Notes: generated from the letters alone by a model not told the origin. A stretch of DNA of 64,000 nucleotides from a virus (IMGVR_UViG_3300033146_005950:1-64000); one strand, 5' to 3'. Shown: positions 28,323 through 38,897, numbered from the stretch's first letter. Numbers and translations: made by a program.

Positions 28323-29567
28323 ATGAGAAATAAAACACTTACAAAATTTGAATTTGATACTGCAAAATATCAACAATTTTATGGAACTTTATTTATAAAT
28401 AATAGAGAAGTTCCCGCAAGTGATATTTATTCATTTACTGTTAGAGAGTGGATTTTACCTAATTTATTTTTACCCCGTTTAGAATTAGTATTGATTGACG
28501 GTGGAAGATTATCTGAATTAGAATTGCCAATACACGATACACAAATTAAATTAATGATTAGCAAACACGAAGAATCCGCTGAAGCAGAAGATTTATTATT
28601 TAATATTTTAGATTTTGAAATATTAAATGGGCAAAACCCAAACGACCAAAGAATTATAAAAATATCTGCATATTTAGATATTCCTAACTTATTTTCAATC
28701 GAGAGCAAAAGTTATGACGGTACTTCATTAGATGTATTTAAACAAATAGCAAAAGAACTTAAATTAAAATATAATAAAGTAAATAATATTTCTGCGCAAG
28801 ATAAAATGATTTATTATAAACTTAAACAAAATAATATAACTTTTTTCAAACACATTTTAGAGAAGTCTTATATTGGTAAAGACGATGTTTTATTTGCTTA
28901 CATTACGACTGATAATTTATTAAATACATTATCATTGAAAGATGCATATTCTAAAAAACCTGTTTATAAATTAAGATATGACATTGAATTAGCAACTGCA
29001 AATTCAAAAGATAATTTTAAACAATTATTAAAAGATAAAAGAATTAAAGAAGACGATAAATCAATTTATTATTCAAATTATGGAATAATAAACAAGAGCG
29101 GCACATTTTTCAATAACGGCGGGTATTCTGTGTTGTCTTCAAATTATAATTTAGAAGATAATGAATATTTTGAAACAGAAGTAAATTCTTCAGAGAGTTT
29201 TTTCAACACTGATTTAAATAGTTTTAAAGACTTCGCGTCAAACACAAAATATATTTATAATGGTTTAAACATTAAAACTAATGTTTATTCTGATTATGAA
29301 ATAGCAGCATCGGTCAGACATAATATATTAAATTCATTTTTCGCAAACTCAATTGAAATTGAAATAGATTCTTATTCAAACCCTAATATTGGAGATATGA
29401 TTGACTTAATAATTCCATCAAAGTCTCAAACAACTGCAAAATTAAATAATGAACCTTTAAGTGGTAAATATATAATAATAAGTAAATTGAGAACGGCGAG
29501 CAAATTAAGCATCTTTAAAAAACGAATAATAGTTGCGAGACTTGGAACAAATGAAGGGATTTATTAA
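28323..29567 (+). CDS. baseplate hub protein (gp27-like)
   Basis: Precedes gp5-like gene; IGDMIDL..P and LSGKYII C-terminal motifs. Confidence 0.6.
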   Translation: MRNKTLTKFEFDTAKYQQFYGTLFINNREVPASDIYSFTVREWILPNLFLPRLELVLIDGGRLSELELPIHDTQIKLMISKHEESAEAEDLLFNILDFEILNGQNPNDQRIIKISAYLDIPNLFSIESKSYDGTSLDVFKQIAKELKLKYNKVNNISAQDKMIYYKLKQNNITFFKHILEKSYIGKDDVLFAYITTDNLLNTLSLKDAYSKKPVYKLRYDIELATANSKDNFKQLLKDKRIKEDDKSIYYSNYGIINKSGTFFNNGGYSVLSSNYNLEDNEYFETEVNSSESFFNTDLNSFKDFASNTKYIYNGLNIKTNVYSDYEIAASVRHNILNSFFANSIEIEIDSYSNPNIGDMIDLIIPSKSQTTAKLNNEPLSGKYIIISKLRTASKLSIFKKRIIVARLGTNEGIY

Positions 29568-29569
29568 AA

Positions 29570-30406
29570 ATGGAAAATATAAATGACATTATAACAGAAG
29601 ATATATTTTTAGTATTAAAAAATATAGTAAATAATGTAGAATCAAATTTTGCGAAAAAAGTTTATATTGCGACCGTAGTTGATAATAAAGATCCTGATGG
29701 AGAAGGTAAAGTTCAAATAAAACCACACGGATTATTTGATGATATAAAAGAAAAAGATTTACCTTGGGCCGTTTACGAAACTCAATATACAGATGTTGAA
29801 AATATTAAAATAACAATACCTAAAATTGGTTCAAAAGTTAAAGTTTATTTTGATAATGATGATTTATATAAACCAATTTATAATTTAAACGTCCCAACAT
29901 TTGCAAGCATTAATTCTAAAGTTAAAGGGGCAGGCTCAAATCCTGATATTTATGTTTTATATGAAAACGAACAAGGAGACTATATTTCAATTGATACAGC
30001 AAACTCAGTTTTTACAATAAACCATAATAAAGGAACTGTTTTAACAATTGATACAGATGGTTTTGTTCATTTAACTCAAACAAACCCAAATACAAAATTA
30101 ACAGTTGGAACTTTAGATATTGATGATAAAGGTTTTAATGTAGTGAGATATGACTCGATTGGTTTAAAGAAAACAAATGTAAGTGCAAATAATGATGGGA
30201 CTGTTGAAATTAAAAATGCAGGCACGGCAGGGCTTGGCTCAGGCGGTATTTCAGTTGCTGCAAATGGAATGTTATCTGTAAATGATGGTATGGCGACCCC
30301 AAACCCTTTAGGACCTTTTTGTGCAATTCCGGTTTGTCCTATTTCAGGTGGAGTGCATACAGGAGCAATGGCGGCCCCGGGATTATCCTCTCCCGGAGCA
30401 ATTTAA
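29570..30406 (+). CDS. central spike gp5-like protein (OB fold, no lysozyme domain)
   Basis: VVDNKDP...GKVQIK..GL....DLPWA....PKIGSKVKVYF..D...PI; C-terminal CAIPVCPISGGVH. Confidence 0.8.
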   Translation: MENINDIITEDIFLVLKNIVNNVESNFAKKVYIATVVDNKDPDGEGKVQIKPHGLFDDIKEKDLPWAVYETQYTDVENIKITIPKIGSKVKVYFDNDDLYKPIYNLNVPTFASINSKVKGAGSNPDIYVLYENEQGDYISIDTANSVFTINHNKGTVLTIDTDGFVHLTQTNPNTKLTVGTLDIDDKGFNVVRYDSIGLKKTNVSANNDGTVEIKNAGTAGLGSGGISVAANGMLSVNDGMATPNPLGPFCAIPVCPISGGVHTGAMAAPGLSSPGAI

Positions 30407-30413
30407 AAAAAAG

Positions 30414-31313
30414 TTAAAATAAATCTTTTATTAATAATGTGTTTATTGATTTTTCAAATTCCAATTTAATTTGTGCTTCTTTTATTAAATATTCATCATT
30501 CCAAAGACTTCTTGCTTTTTGAAATATATCTAATGTTTTTTCAAAAAATAGTTCTTTATTAACTATTTTTTCCATTGCTCGTTCATCAGATATTTTGATT
30601 AACATATTATCAAATATTGGAAAATAAATACTTAAATATTTTGTAACTATAATACTAAATACTTCAACTTTTTTCAAAACAAACTGTTTAAGTTGCTCAT
30701 CATTCATTTTATAAAAACCATTTAATCTGAAAGATTGACGGTATGCTTTCATTAAATCAATTTTAAAAGCACTCCTTAATGATTCTTTATATAATAAATA
30801 TTCTTTGCTCAATAATTCAGGTTCGTCTAAATATATGAAATTTTTTTGTAATTTTATTTTATCTTTATCAGAAATAAGATCATTATCTGCGTTTTCATCA
30901 AATGCAGCTTTGGCTAATCGTATTTCAGAAATTTTTTCTTCTTGCAAATTTCTATACAATTTAACTAAATTATTTATAATTTGGTCCAAAATATTTTCAG
31001 CATAGTCCAATTGCATTCCTGTAATTTGATGTTTTAATGCTAATGAATCATCTTTATATTTTGTATGAATCTCAAACAAATATATTAATATTGAAGTATT
31101 AATTGTGATCACTTTTCCTTCAGTGACATTATCAACATTACTATTTTCAGTCGGCGCTCTTCTCTCTGTATTTTTTATTCCTTTATTTGCTTTTTCAACA
31201 ATCATAAGTAAAGGATTTATACTTAAAACCGCAACTATTAATAATATTAAAAATAATGCGATTAATCCATAAACAGGGCCAAAAGCTGATACAACTTGTG
31301 CTATTCCATCCAT
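30414..31313 (-). CDS. membrane-anchored hypothetical protein
   Basis: N-terminal TM helix followed by a helical domain. Confidence 0.6.
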   Translation of the reverse strand: MDGIAQVVSAFGPVYGLIALFLILLIVAVLSINPLLMIVEKANKGIKNTERRAPTENSNVDNVTEGKVITINTSILIYLFEIHTKYKDDSLALKHQITGMQLDYAENILDQIINNLVKLYRNLQEEKISEIRLAKAAFDENADNDLISDKDKIKLQKNFIYLDEPELLSKEYLLYKESLRSAFKIDLMKAYRQSFRLNGFYKMNDEQLKQFVLKKVEVFSIIVTKYLSIYFPIFDNMLIKISDERAMEKIVNKELFFEKTLDIFQKARSLWNDEYLIKEAQIKLEFEKSINTLLIKDLF

Positions 31314-31319
31314 TTTTTA

Positions 31320-32045
31320 CTATTCCCAATCGTCCTTAAGATTCATTGTATATTTTATAACACTTAACGGGTTTTTCTTAAAATCATTTTCCATTTTTTC
31401 AATAAATTCTATTGCTTTATTATAAATTAATTTTGTTTGTCCTGCTATTTGTAATGAAATAATATAGTCAGGATTTAGTTCGGGATTTTTAGGCAAACGA
31501 CTTTTTATAAATTCTTTGCGCTCTTTGTATGTTATTTTAAATGAAAAATTAAATCTCGGCCAAAGCAATCTTATTTTTTGATTTATTACTTTAGTAAATT
31601 CGTTTAATATTAATTCCGTATAATCTTCTACAGAATAATCAACGTATTCATAATTTTTTAAGCTTACAATTACAACTTCTTTAACACTTTCTTTAATAGC
31701 TCTATCTAACATTAGCTCATATAATTGAATATTTATTTGCATAATTTCAGGTGCTGCTTCGCATTTATGATTTTCAGAAATGCAAAAAGTGTTTTTATCT
31801 AATTTATAAATTTCATTTAATTGTTCAATAAAAGAAGATAAATAAGTTCTTTTAATTGATTTAATGCAATTTTTTACAACTTTAACTTGAGCTTCAAAAA
31901 CTGAAACAAAAATATTATTTTTAATTACAATAAATAAAAGTCTTAAAATTACTTCTGAAACTCTAATGCTGCCATATACAAGCAAGAATGTAATTGAAAC
32001 CATCGCCCATATTAAAACATCTGTATTATTGATTTGTTCAAACAT
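31320..32045 (-). CDS. membrane-anchored hypothetical protein (probable paralogue of 30414..31313)
   Basis: N-terminal TM helix; similar helical layout. Confidence 0.55.
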   Translation of the reverse strand: MFEQINNTDVLIWAMVSITFLLVYGSIRVSEVILRLLFIVIKNNIFVSVFEAQVKVVKNCIKSIKRTYLSSFIEQLNEIYKLDKNTFCISENHKCEAAPEIMQINIQLYELMLDRAIKESVKEVVIVSLKNYEYVDYSVEDYTELILNEFTKVINQKIRLLWPRFNFSFKITYKERKEFIKSRLPKNPELNPDYIISLQIAGQTKLIYNKAIEFIEKMENDFKKNPLSVIKYTMNLKDDWE

Positions 32046-32047
32046 TT

Positions 32048-32311
32048 TTAATAATACACCTTTTTAACATAAAGCGAATCTTCAGTTGACAATTTATCAA
32101 TATTAATCGCACCAAATTTAAAATATGAAAATAGTTTATCACAACCGTCTACAAACTCAACAATAAAACCTTCTTCAGTTGAAGCAATTACAGAGTGAAC
32201 TGGAAATTCATCTCCAACATTTCTCCATTTAATTGTGTCATTTGAGACTCGCCCAAATGAAATAGAACCATGCCACCCCGGTTTAATTGAATACGAATCT
32301 AAGATTTCCAT
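32048..32311 (-). CDS. hypothetical protein
   Basis: ORF in fibre operon. Confidence 0.55.
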   Translation of the reverse strand: MEILDSYSIKPGWHGSISFGRVSNDTIKWRNVGDEFPVHSVIASTEEGFIVEFVDGCDKLFSYFKFGAINIDKLSTEDSLYVKKVYY

Positions 32312-32314
32312 TTT

Positions 32315-32719
32315 TTATTCTTCTACGTTTTCCCACTCAGTGCTATCCCAAGTAATATCGAACACTTGGTCAACAGATGTGCATTTATTGATTAAATCAC
32401 CTTTTTTGATATTTTTATAATACATATTAAACCCCCAATTTCTAACATCAGTTATCATTGTTGCCATTTCTTCAATCGTGCATTCAATTATTTCTTTTGT
32501 AATTGAATCTCTAACGAACGGCTGAATATCTGTATTATCTACAAAATAACCAAGAAAGCCTTGAAGACCTGAAAGAACTTGAAGCCCTCCAGCAATATAA
32601 ATATTTTTACTTCCTAAAGTAAAATAATCGCCTTTCATTATTAAATTATTAAAAATATCGTCAAGCTCAGCTTTTCGTTGTGCTTTTACAGATGCTAAAT
32701 TTTCTTCTTTTGTAACCAT
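32315..32719 (-). CDS. tail fibre assembly chaperone-like protein (DUF4376-like)
   Basis: C-terminal I..C.S.DQV..I.W motif; downstream of fibre genes. Confidence 0.55.
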   Translation of the reverse strand: MVTKEENLASVKAQRKAELDDIFNNLIMKGDYFTLGSKNIYIAGGLQVLSGLQGFLGYFVDNTDIQPFVRDSITKEIIECTIEEMATMITDVRNWGFNMYYKNIKKGDLINKCTSVDQVFDITWDSTEWENVEE

Positions 32720-32737
32720 ATTATTTTTATTACTCTC

Positions 32738-33313
32738 CTAAGAAATTATAATGATTCTTCTGTTTATAGAACTGTATATATTTATTTTTATATTTTTGAA
32801 TGTATCATAACAGTTCCATTGACTTGACGGATAAACAAAACCAATATTGCCTGTTGTGTAAGTAGAATCTGATGCAAGAACAGTATAAGCAGAACCATTA
32901 AATGAAACACTAAAATCATCACCCACTCTTTTTATTTTAATTTTAAATGAAGTTGAGTTTCCGACAAATACAGCAGTACTTCCAAGTTTTGTCCCACTGT
33001 CACCTTTACCACTTGTGTTATTTTTATAAAGAGTGAATTTTGAATTTGAGCCGTCAATTGTCCATAACAATACATAGTTTTGGTCTATATTTAATGTGTT
33101 TAAACAAAATGATAAACCACCTTTATCATCAGTTCCCCAAGCTTCAGTTTCAACATCAACTTCAAAATCAAAATCACCAATTGAATTATTAAACTCATTT
33201 TTTGTTAAAAAACTACCACCATCTAATACTGACATACTGTCTGGAGATATTCCGTTTATTTCATCGCCGCTCCAAGTTCTGTCACCATATTCTGTCCATC
33301 CTGATACTGACAT
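32738..33313 (-). CDS. ConA/lectin-like beta-sandwich protein (possible fibre tip or adhesin)
   Basis: DFDFEVDV...GG.SF, KIKIKRVG....V.FNG, YTTGNIGF...FKNIKI. Confidence 0.6.
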   Translation of the reverse strand: MSVSGWTEYGDRTWSGDEINGISPDSMSVLDGGSFLTKNEFNNSIGDFDFEVDVETEAWGTDDKGGLSFCLNTLNIDQNYVLLWTIDGSNSKFTLYKNNTSGKGDSGTKLGSTAVFVGNSTSFKIKIKRVGDDFSVSFNGSAYTVLASDSTYTTGNIGFVYPSSQWNCYDTFKNIKINIYSSINRRIIIIS

Positions 33314-33316
33314 AAT

Positions 33317-36300
33317 TTAATTAATCTCGTATTCAATTGTAATATGAATATATGAAACAGTACCAGAGACAGCCGTAACTTCTAACCAAACATATTCATT
33401 TTGATTTATTGCAATTCCACTTTTTGTTACTTCAGCCCCGTTTAAACCTGATGAAACTAATTGCCCATTTACAATTGTGTTTATTGCAGTCCCGACTGAA
33501 GTTCCAGATTTAATATTAAAAGTAACTGAAGAACCGTCTTTAACAACGGCTTGAACTGTATTTACTTTTAACGCTTTTGTTGTGAACCAAATGGGTATTA
33601 AATCTGTATCAACTGGAGCAGGTAAATAAATTGCTTTACTTAATAAATTTTTAGATTTTTCTAATTTATTATTTAATTCTGTATTTAAATCTGTTTGGTT
33701 CGTTATTATTCCGGTTATCCCACCCCAAGCAATGTTAGAAGATGCCCCGGGTGAAAGTACTTTTTTAATTGTAATTGTGTTTGCTCCTGAAAGCGCTTGT
33801 ATTTGAGCTGTACCACGGGTGCGCATTAAATGAACTTCAATAACATCATTTACTTGTAAATTTTTAATAATTGATGAAGAAGCGGAAGACCCAAAATTTG
33901 CCTGTCTCATATATAATTCGCCATAAGTACCCGAAACATCATTTGAATTTATTACTAATTTAGATGCAGCTTCAGATCTTACATTTCCACTGTTTCCTTT
34001 TATTGACACATTATAAGTAATTTCATATTGCCCCGCTTCTTGAATTTCAATCGTTCCCGCTGAAATTACTGAATACGCAGAACAAGTTGCAGATACGGTA
34101 TTAAATGGAACTTTTTGCCAAGTCCCGTCTAATGCTAAATCAGTATTATTATATAAACTTAAAACTTTAGGGTCTTCTTTAGAATCATCAACATATTTTT
34201 TAGTCGCGGGTTCATAATCAGATGCCGGAGTAAACGAAGCTGTATTATCTAATTCTAATACATTATTTTTATTTGCCTTTAAATTTAATGCAGTTTGTGT
34301 ATCATTTGAAATTGGTTTATTTAAATCTGAAGTATTATCAACATTGCCCAAACCAACATCAGATTTATTAACATTATGAGGATTATTTGTGTTTGAAATA
34401 TGACTTTGAATATTTGTGTTTTTAGGTTCATAATCAGAATCGTGATTATGATTTCCTTCTGCAACTTCTCCACTATTATTTCCAAAATTTTTATTGAAAG
34501 CGGTGTTTTCTGTGAAGTCATCTTTCTTTCCAGCTAATTCATTTTGTAAATCTGTTTGATTAGTAATATCCCCGATTATATCACCCCAAGTAATATTCTC
34601 AGCTGTGCCGCCTGAAATTGAAGGAATTAATATTTTTTTAATTGTAATTGAAGTTCCGTTCCCAGATGCTTTTACTGTATTACTTCCATCTACCACTTTT
34701 GCTCTTATTCTTAACATATCACTGTCATCTAAGTCAAAAATATAGCTGTATGATGCAACTGCTCCATATTGAGTTTTCTTTATAAATAAAGTATTTTCAG
34801 TACCCGGGATATTAGTGTAATTTTTTTGTAGCATTATTTTTACAGAAGTATCAACAGTCCCCGCTGAGGCAACTAAATCAATATGAAAATTTACTTCATA
34901 TTGTCCTGCATTATCTAAAGTTATTTCACCGTTGCTATTTGTGTAACCACCACCTGTAATATCAATAACATTAAATGGTACTGTTTGATAGTTCATAGAT
35001 GAAATTGTAAAATCATTAGTGTTCCTTGCTGCAAAAACATCCGGGTCTTTTAATTTATCGTCAACATATTTTTTAGTTGCAGGTTCATAATCAGCCGCCG
35101 GAACAAACGAAGTTGTGTTATTTAATTCTAATACATTATTTTTATCTGCTTTATTATTTAAAAGATTTGCGACTGCGTTGCTAACAGGTTTATTTAAATC
35201 TGAAGTATTATCAACATTGCCCAAACCAACGTCAGATTTATTAACATTATGAGGATTATTTGTGTTTGAAATATGACTTTGAATATTTGAATTAGCAGGT
35301 TCGTAAACTCCATTATGATTATGATTTCCTTCTGCAACTGTTGAAGCAGCCGTACCAAAGTCTTTATTAAAAGCACTGTTTTCGGCAAAGTCATCTTTCT
35401 TTCCATCTAATTCATTTTGTAAATCGGTCTGATTAGAAATGTTTCCAACAATTGTACCCCAAGTTGTATTACCATTGCTTTCAATAACACCTGCTGCAAC
35501 GATCTTTTTAAGATTTAACGAAACACCTTTTACAGTCGTATTAATTGAAGAAGTACCAACCGTTCTACTTGCGATTACCTTTAATACATCATTTTCGTTT
35601 AAATTTAATATTGCGGTTGCAGTACCGTGTGTACCATAATTTTTTAGTCTACAATATATTGTTGATTGAGTTCCATTCACATCTGAGCCATTTAATTGTA
35701 ATTTAGTTACGACAGTGCTTCTTGAACTTCCACTGGCTACTTCAAAATCAGCGTGATAAATTATTTCATATTGTCCATCTTTTAATATTGTAACTTCACC
35801 ATTATTATTATGAGAATAAGAATCATCTATTATATCAACCGTGTTTAACGGGATTGTTTGAAAACTACTTGAGATAGAAAATGCATTATTGTTATGCGCA
35901 AAATATACAGACGGCTCATCAACAGAATCATCAACATATTTTTTAGTCGCAGGTTCATAATCAGCATCTGGAGTAAATGAAGTTGTATTATCTAATTCTA
36001 ATACATTTGTTTTGTCTGCTTTTAAATTTAACGCAGTTTGTGTATCATTTGAAATTGGTTTATCTAAGTCTGAAGTATTATTTACTGCTCCTAAACCTAT
36101 TTGGCTTTTTGTCACTACGTGCGGGTTTGTTTGATTGCTAATATGACTTTGAATATTTGAATTGACAGGTTCATAAACAGTATCGTGATTATGGTTCCCC
36201 ATTGAAACAGTGTTAGAAGTAGTTCCAAAGTCTTTGTTGAAGGCTGTTTTTTCTGTGAAGTCATCTTTCTTTCCATCTAATTCATTTTGTAAATCTGTCT

Positions 36301-36655
36301 GATTGGTAATGTTGCCTGATATATTGCCCCAAGCAACTTCTTCGCTCAAATCAATTTCACCATCACCATCTTCATCATAAACCGAACCGCCAACATTTGA
36401 TTTATGATAAAAATTAAATGTGTTTTGTATTATTGCAATATAAACATCTGCACTTGTAGATGTTGGGTTATATGTGTTTAGTTCATTAGTAATTAAAGAA
36501 ACATCTTTATTACCACTAAAATTTATTAAAATGTCATCTGCAAATTTTCTTGTGTATAATAATCTATTTATATTTGTAGTTGAACCCGAAGTATAAAATA
36601 CTCCATCTAAATAAAGGTTTGAACCTGAAATATAAATTTGATCTACTCTTTCCAT
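33317..36655 (-). CDS. long modular fibre protein with three ~290-aa repeats
   Basis: Unit WG.I.G.I.NQTDL / HISN..NPH.V.K..VGLG.V.NTSDL.KP / YEPATKKYVD / C1q-BclA-like beta domain, three times. Confidence 0.8.
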   Translation of the reverse strand: MERVDQIYISGSNLYLDGVFYTSGSTTNINRLLYTRKFADDILINFSGNKDVSLITNELNTYNPTSTSADVYIAIIQNTFNFYHKSNVGGSVYDEDGDGEIDLSEEVAWGNISGNITNQTDLQNELDGKKDDFTEKTAFNKDFGTTSNTVSMGNHNHDTVYEPVNSNIQSHISNQTNPHVVTKSQIGLGAVNNTSDLDKPISNDTQTALNLKADKTNVLELDNTTSFTPDADYEPATKKYVDDSVDEPSVYFAHNNNAFSISSSFQTIPLNTVDIIDDSYSHNNNGEVTILKDGQYEIIYHADFEVASGSSRSTVVTKLQLNGSDVNGTQSTIYCRLKNYGTHGTATAILNLNENDVLKVIASRTVGTSSINTTVKGVSLNLKKIVAAGVIESNGNTTWGTIVGNISNQTDLQNELDGKKDDFAENSAFNKDFGTAASTVAEGNHNHNGVYEPANSNIQSHISNTNNPHNVNKSDVGLGNVDNTSDLNKPVSNAVANLLNNKADKNNVLELNNTTSFVPAADYEPATKKYVDDKLKDPDVFAARNTNDFTISSMNYQTVPFNVIDITGGGYTNSNGEITLDNAGQYEVNFHIDLVASAGTVDTSVKIMLQKNYTNIPGTENTLFIKKTQYGAVASYSYIFDLDDSDMLRIRAKVVDGSNTVKASGNGTSITIKKILIPSISGGTAENITWGDIIGDITNQTDLQNELAGKKDDFTENTAFNKNFGNNSGEVAEGNHNHDSDYEPKNTNIQSHISNTNNPHNVNKSDVGLGNVDNTSDLNKPISNDTQTALNLKANKNNVLELDNTASFTPASDYEPATKKYVDDSKEDPKVLSLYNNTDLALDGTWQKVPFNTVSATCSAYSVISAGTIEIQEAGQYEITYNVSIKGNSGNVRSEAASKLVINSNDVSGTYGELYMRQANFGSSASSSIIKNLQVNDVIEVHLMRTRGTAQIQALSGANTITIKKVLSPGASSNIAWGGITGIITNQTDLNTELNNKLEKSKNLLSKAIYLPAPVDTDLIPIWFTTKALKVNTVQAVVKDGSSVTFNIKSGTSVGTAINTIVNGQLVSSGLNGAEVTKSGIAINQNEYVWLEVTAVSGTVSYIHITIEYEIN

Positions 36656-36702
36656 TCATAGCCTTTGAAAAAATTAAAATTTACTAATTATATTTATTAT
36701 TA

Positions 36703-36734
36703 AAAATGGGGGAATTTTAATTCCCCCCCATTTT
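36703..36734 (-). terminator. intrinsic terminator
   Basis: AAAATGGGGG..CCCCCATTTT inverted repeat. Confidence 0.6.
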
Positions 36735-36747
36735 ATTTTAAAAATTA

Positions 36748-36951
36748 GTGAACTAATGCAACTCTAAAGAGTTGCATCTTCCTGTTTCATAGTCTAATTC
36801 TTACAGCTGGATTCAATGAATCCAGCGCAGAGGAATTAAACTCCGCAGGCTTAAAATCCCTGAGTCCCTCAGGTACTATTAATATTTATTATTTGTAATA
36901 ATTGTTAGTTCACAATATTATGTCATTTAGAAGCCTTAAAAGGCTTAGTTT
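36748..36951 (-). mobile_element. 204-bp non-autonomous IS200/IS605 element with a TnpB omega-RNA-like scaffold
   Basis: - strand: TTTAT|AAACTAAGCC..TACCTGAGGGACTCAGGGA..AAGCCTGCGGAG..ATGAAACAGGAAG-ATGCAACTC-TTTA-GAGTTGCAT-TAGTTCAC; ends shared with the two 46-bp copies. Confidence 0.75.
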
Positions 36952-36980
36952 ATAAAAAGATTTTAATTAATTAAATTTCA

Positions 36981-38777
36981 CTAATCAATATCAAGTATTA
37001 AAGTAGCAGCAGGGTTATTGCTCCAATTGCTTAATGCAATTCTAATTGTGTCACCCGCAGCAACTGACAAACCATTAAACTCAAATACAGTTGTGTCATC
37101 TGAACCACCGCCTGTATTTGTTGAAACGGCATCAGCGGTAGTCGTTGAAATAATTTCACTTGTATTATTTTTAAATAATTTCAAAGTTGAATTACTTGCT
37201 CCACCATCCATTTTAACTGAGATTTTATGAATTGTTCCTGCAAATGCCATACTCCAACCAGGATTTATTACTGAGCCGTCTGAAGTTCCGCCTGCCCAAA
37301 TTTCTTTATTTGCACCAAGTGCTTCATTTCTTGCAAATAAATATGTAATTTTAGCACCTGCTGTTGAAGCATCAACATAAGCTTTAACAGATTGCTGTGT
37401 AGGAACTGCTGTATCAGAATCTGAAGTAAAATCATCTTCATCAATAACTTCAAAACCTGAATCTGTTAAATTGCCATTTGAGTCTAAAGCAGCAAGATTA
37501 CCATCCGTTGCTCCGGTGACTTTATCAGCTTTAGAATCAAAATTAGGTTTATTTTGAATATAAGCATCTGAACTATTATCAGTCTCATCCCAATCAGCTT
37601 GTACATTTACTTCAGCACCATCAGCAATTCCATTTAATTTTGTTAACTGAGCATCGGTAACATAATTTTTATCTGTAACTGTTGTAATATCACCAGTATT
37701 TAATACAACAACACCAGTCTTTCCATTGACAGATGCAACTTGGTCTGTATTATCAATTTTATCCCAATTACTTCCATTATAAACAGCCCAATCTCCGATT
37801 TCATAAACTGTACCTGAAATTGTACCCGCTGTATCAATTACATAATAATCTCCATTTTCAGGTGAAGCAGGATAAGAGCCGCCTGAGGCATCTAATGTTC
37901 CTTTATATTGCAAACCGCCTAAAATTGTATCAGGCAATTGAGAAGTTGGAACTTTACCGTCACCACCTAATGTTGCGACTCCATTTGCAGATGCTTTTTC
38001 TGAAGTATCAATTTTATCAGCAAGTTCTGAAGTAATTTGTGAAGCAGTCCAAATATCAGAAGTACTTGAACCAGAGTCATTTATTTTTGCTCCACTATCA
38101 ACTGCGTCTCCATCTGAATCTAATACAGTAATGTTACCAGTTGTTCCTGCCGCATCTCTTACAGCATAATAAGCAGGCAATTCCCCACCTAATTTATCTG
38201 CATCTTCAGCACCGTCAACTTTTCCATTATCATTTGTGTCATAGACAGATTTTAACATATCTCCGTTACCAGAAGCAGCGTACGAATCATCAACATATTT
38301 TTTAGTCGCAGGTTCATAATCAGCATCTGGAGTAAATGAAGTTGTATTATCTAATTCTAATACATTTGTTTTGTCTGCTTTTAATGCAAGACCATTTGTA
38401 AGGTCAGTGTTTGAAGCATAGTAAGAAGCGTCATTTCCTCCTAAATTATATGCGTTTTCTGCATTATCAACAACACCAGTTTCATTACTGTCATATTGAT
38501 TTATTGTCATATCAGAATTATGCCACTCATTATAAGTAGTTTGTACCCAACCTGTATAAGTGTCATTATCTGAAGAAGGCGTAATTGTTGTGCTCGAACC
38601 GTCGTCAAGCACCATCGTTACAACACCACTTCCACTTTCATAATCGCTAATTATATCATTAGCATATTCTCTTGTAAAAATAAAAACATCTAATGATTCT
38701 GTGTCTCCATTTGTATAACTATGGCCGTCTAATGTTACGCTACCAGCAAATGAAAGACTAATCGCTTTTGTACCCAT
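36981..38777 (-). CDS. modular fibre/decoration protein
   Basis: GDMLKSVYDTND, ANGVATL..DGKVP.SQLP, V.SVNGKTG.V.L, KL.GIA.GAEVNVQADW fibre motifs. Confidence 0.75.
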   Translation of the reverse strand: MGTKAISLSFAGSVTLDGHSYTNGDTESLDVFIFTREYANDIISDYESGSGVVTMVLDDGSSTTITPSSDNDTYTGWVQTTYNEWHNSDMTINQYDSNETGVVDNAENAYNLGGNDASYYASNTDLTNGLALKADKTNVLELDNTTSFTPDADYEPATKKYVDDSYAASGNGDMLKSVYDTNDNGKVDGAEDADKLGGELPAYYAVRDAAGTTGNITVLDSDGDAVDSGAKINDSGSSTSDIWTASQITSELADKIDTSEKASANGVATLGGDGKVPTSQLPDTILGGLQYKGTLDASGGSYPASPENGDYYVIDTAGTISGTVYEIGDWAVYNGSNWDKIDNTDQVASVNGKTGVVVLNTGDITTVTDKNYVTDAQLTKLNGIADGAEVNVQADWDETDNSSDAYIQNKPNFDSKADKVTGATDGNLAALDSNGNLTDSGFEVIDEDDFTSDSDTAVPTQQSVKAYVDASTAGAKITYLFARNEALGANKEIWAGGTSDGSVINPGWSMAFAGTIHKISVKMDGGASNSTLKLFKNNTSEIISTTTADAVSTNTGGGSDDTTVFEFNGLSVAAGDTIRIALSNWSNNPAATLILDID

Positions 38778-38897
38778 TTAGAATTTCTCCTCATATTTTT
38801 GAATAAAGTAAAGCTATTTAATTTTAATTATATTTATTTTTTAAATTAATTTAAACAAACAAACAAATAAACAAACAAATAATCATTAAAATACAAA

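Noticed and set aside
38852-38882. AAAC microsatellite (and AAAATGTTA three times near 43802-43830)
   Set aside because: Short low-complexity intergenic repeats with no evidence of function.
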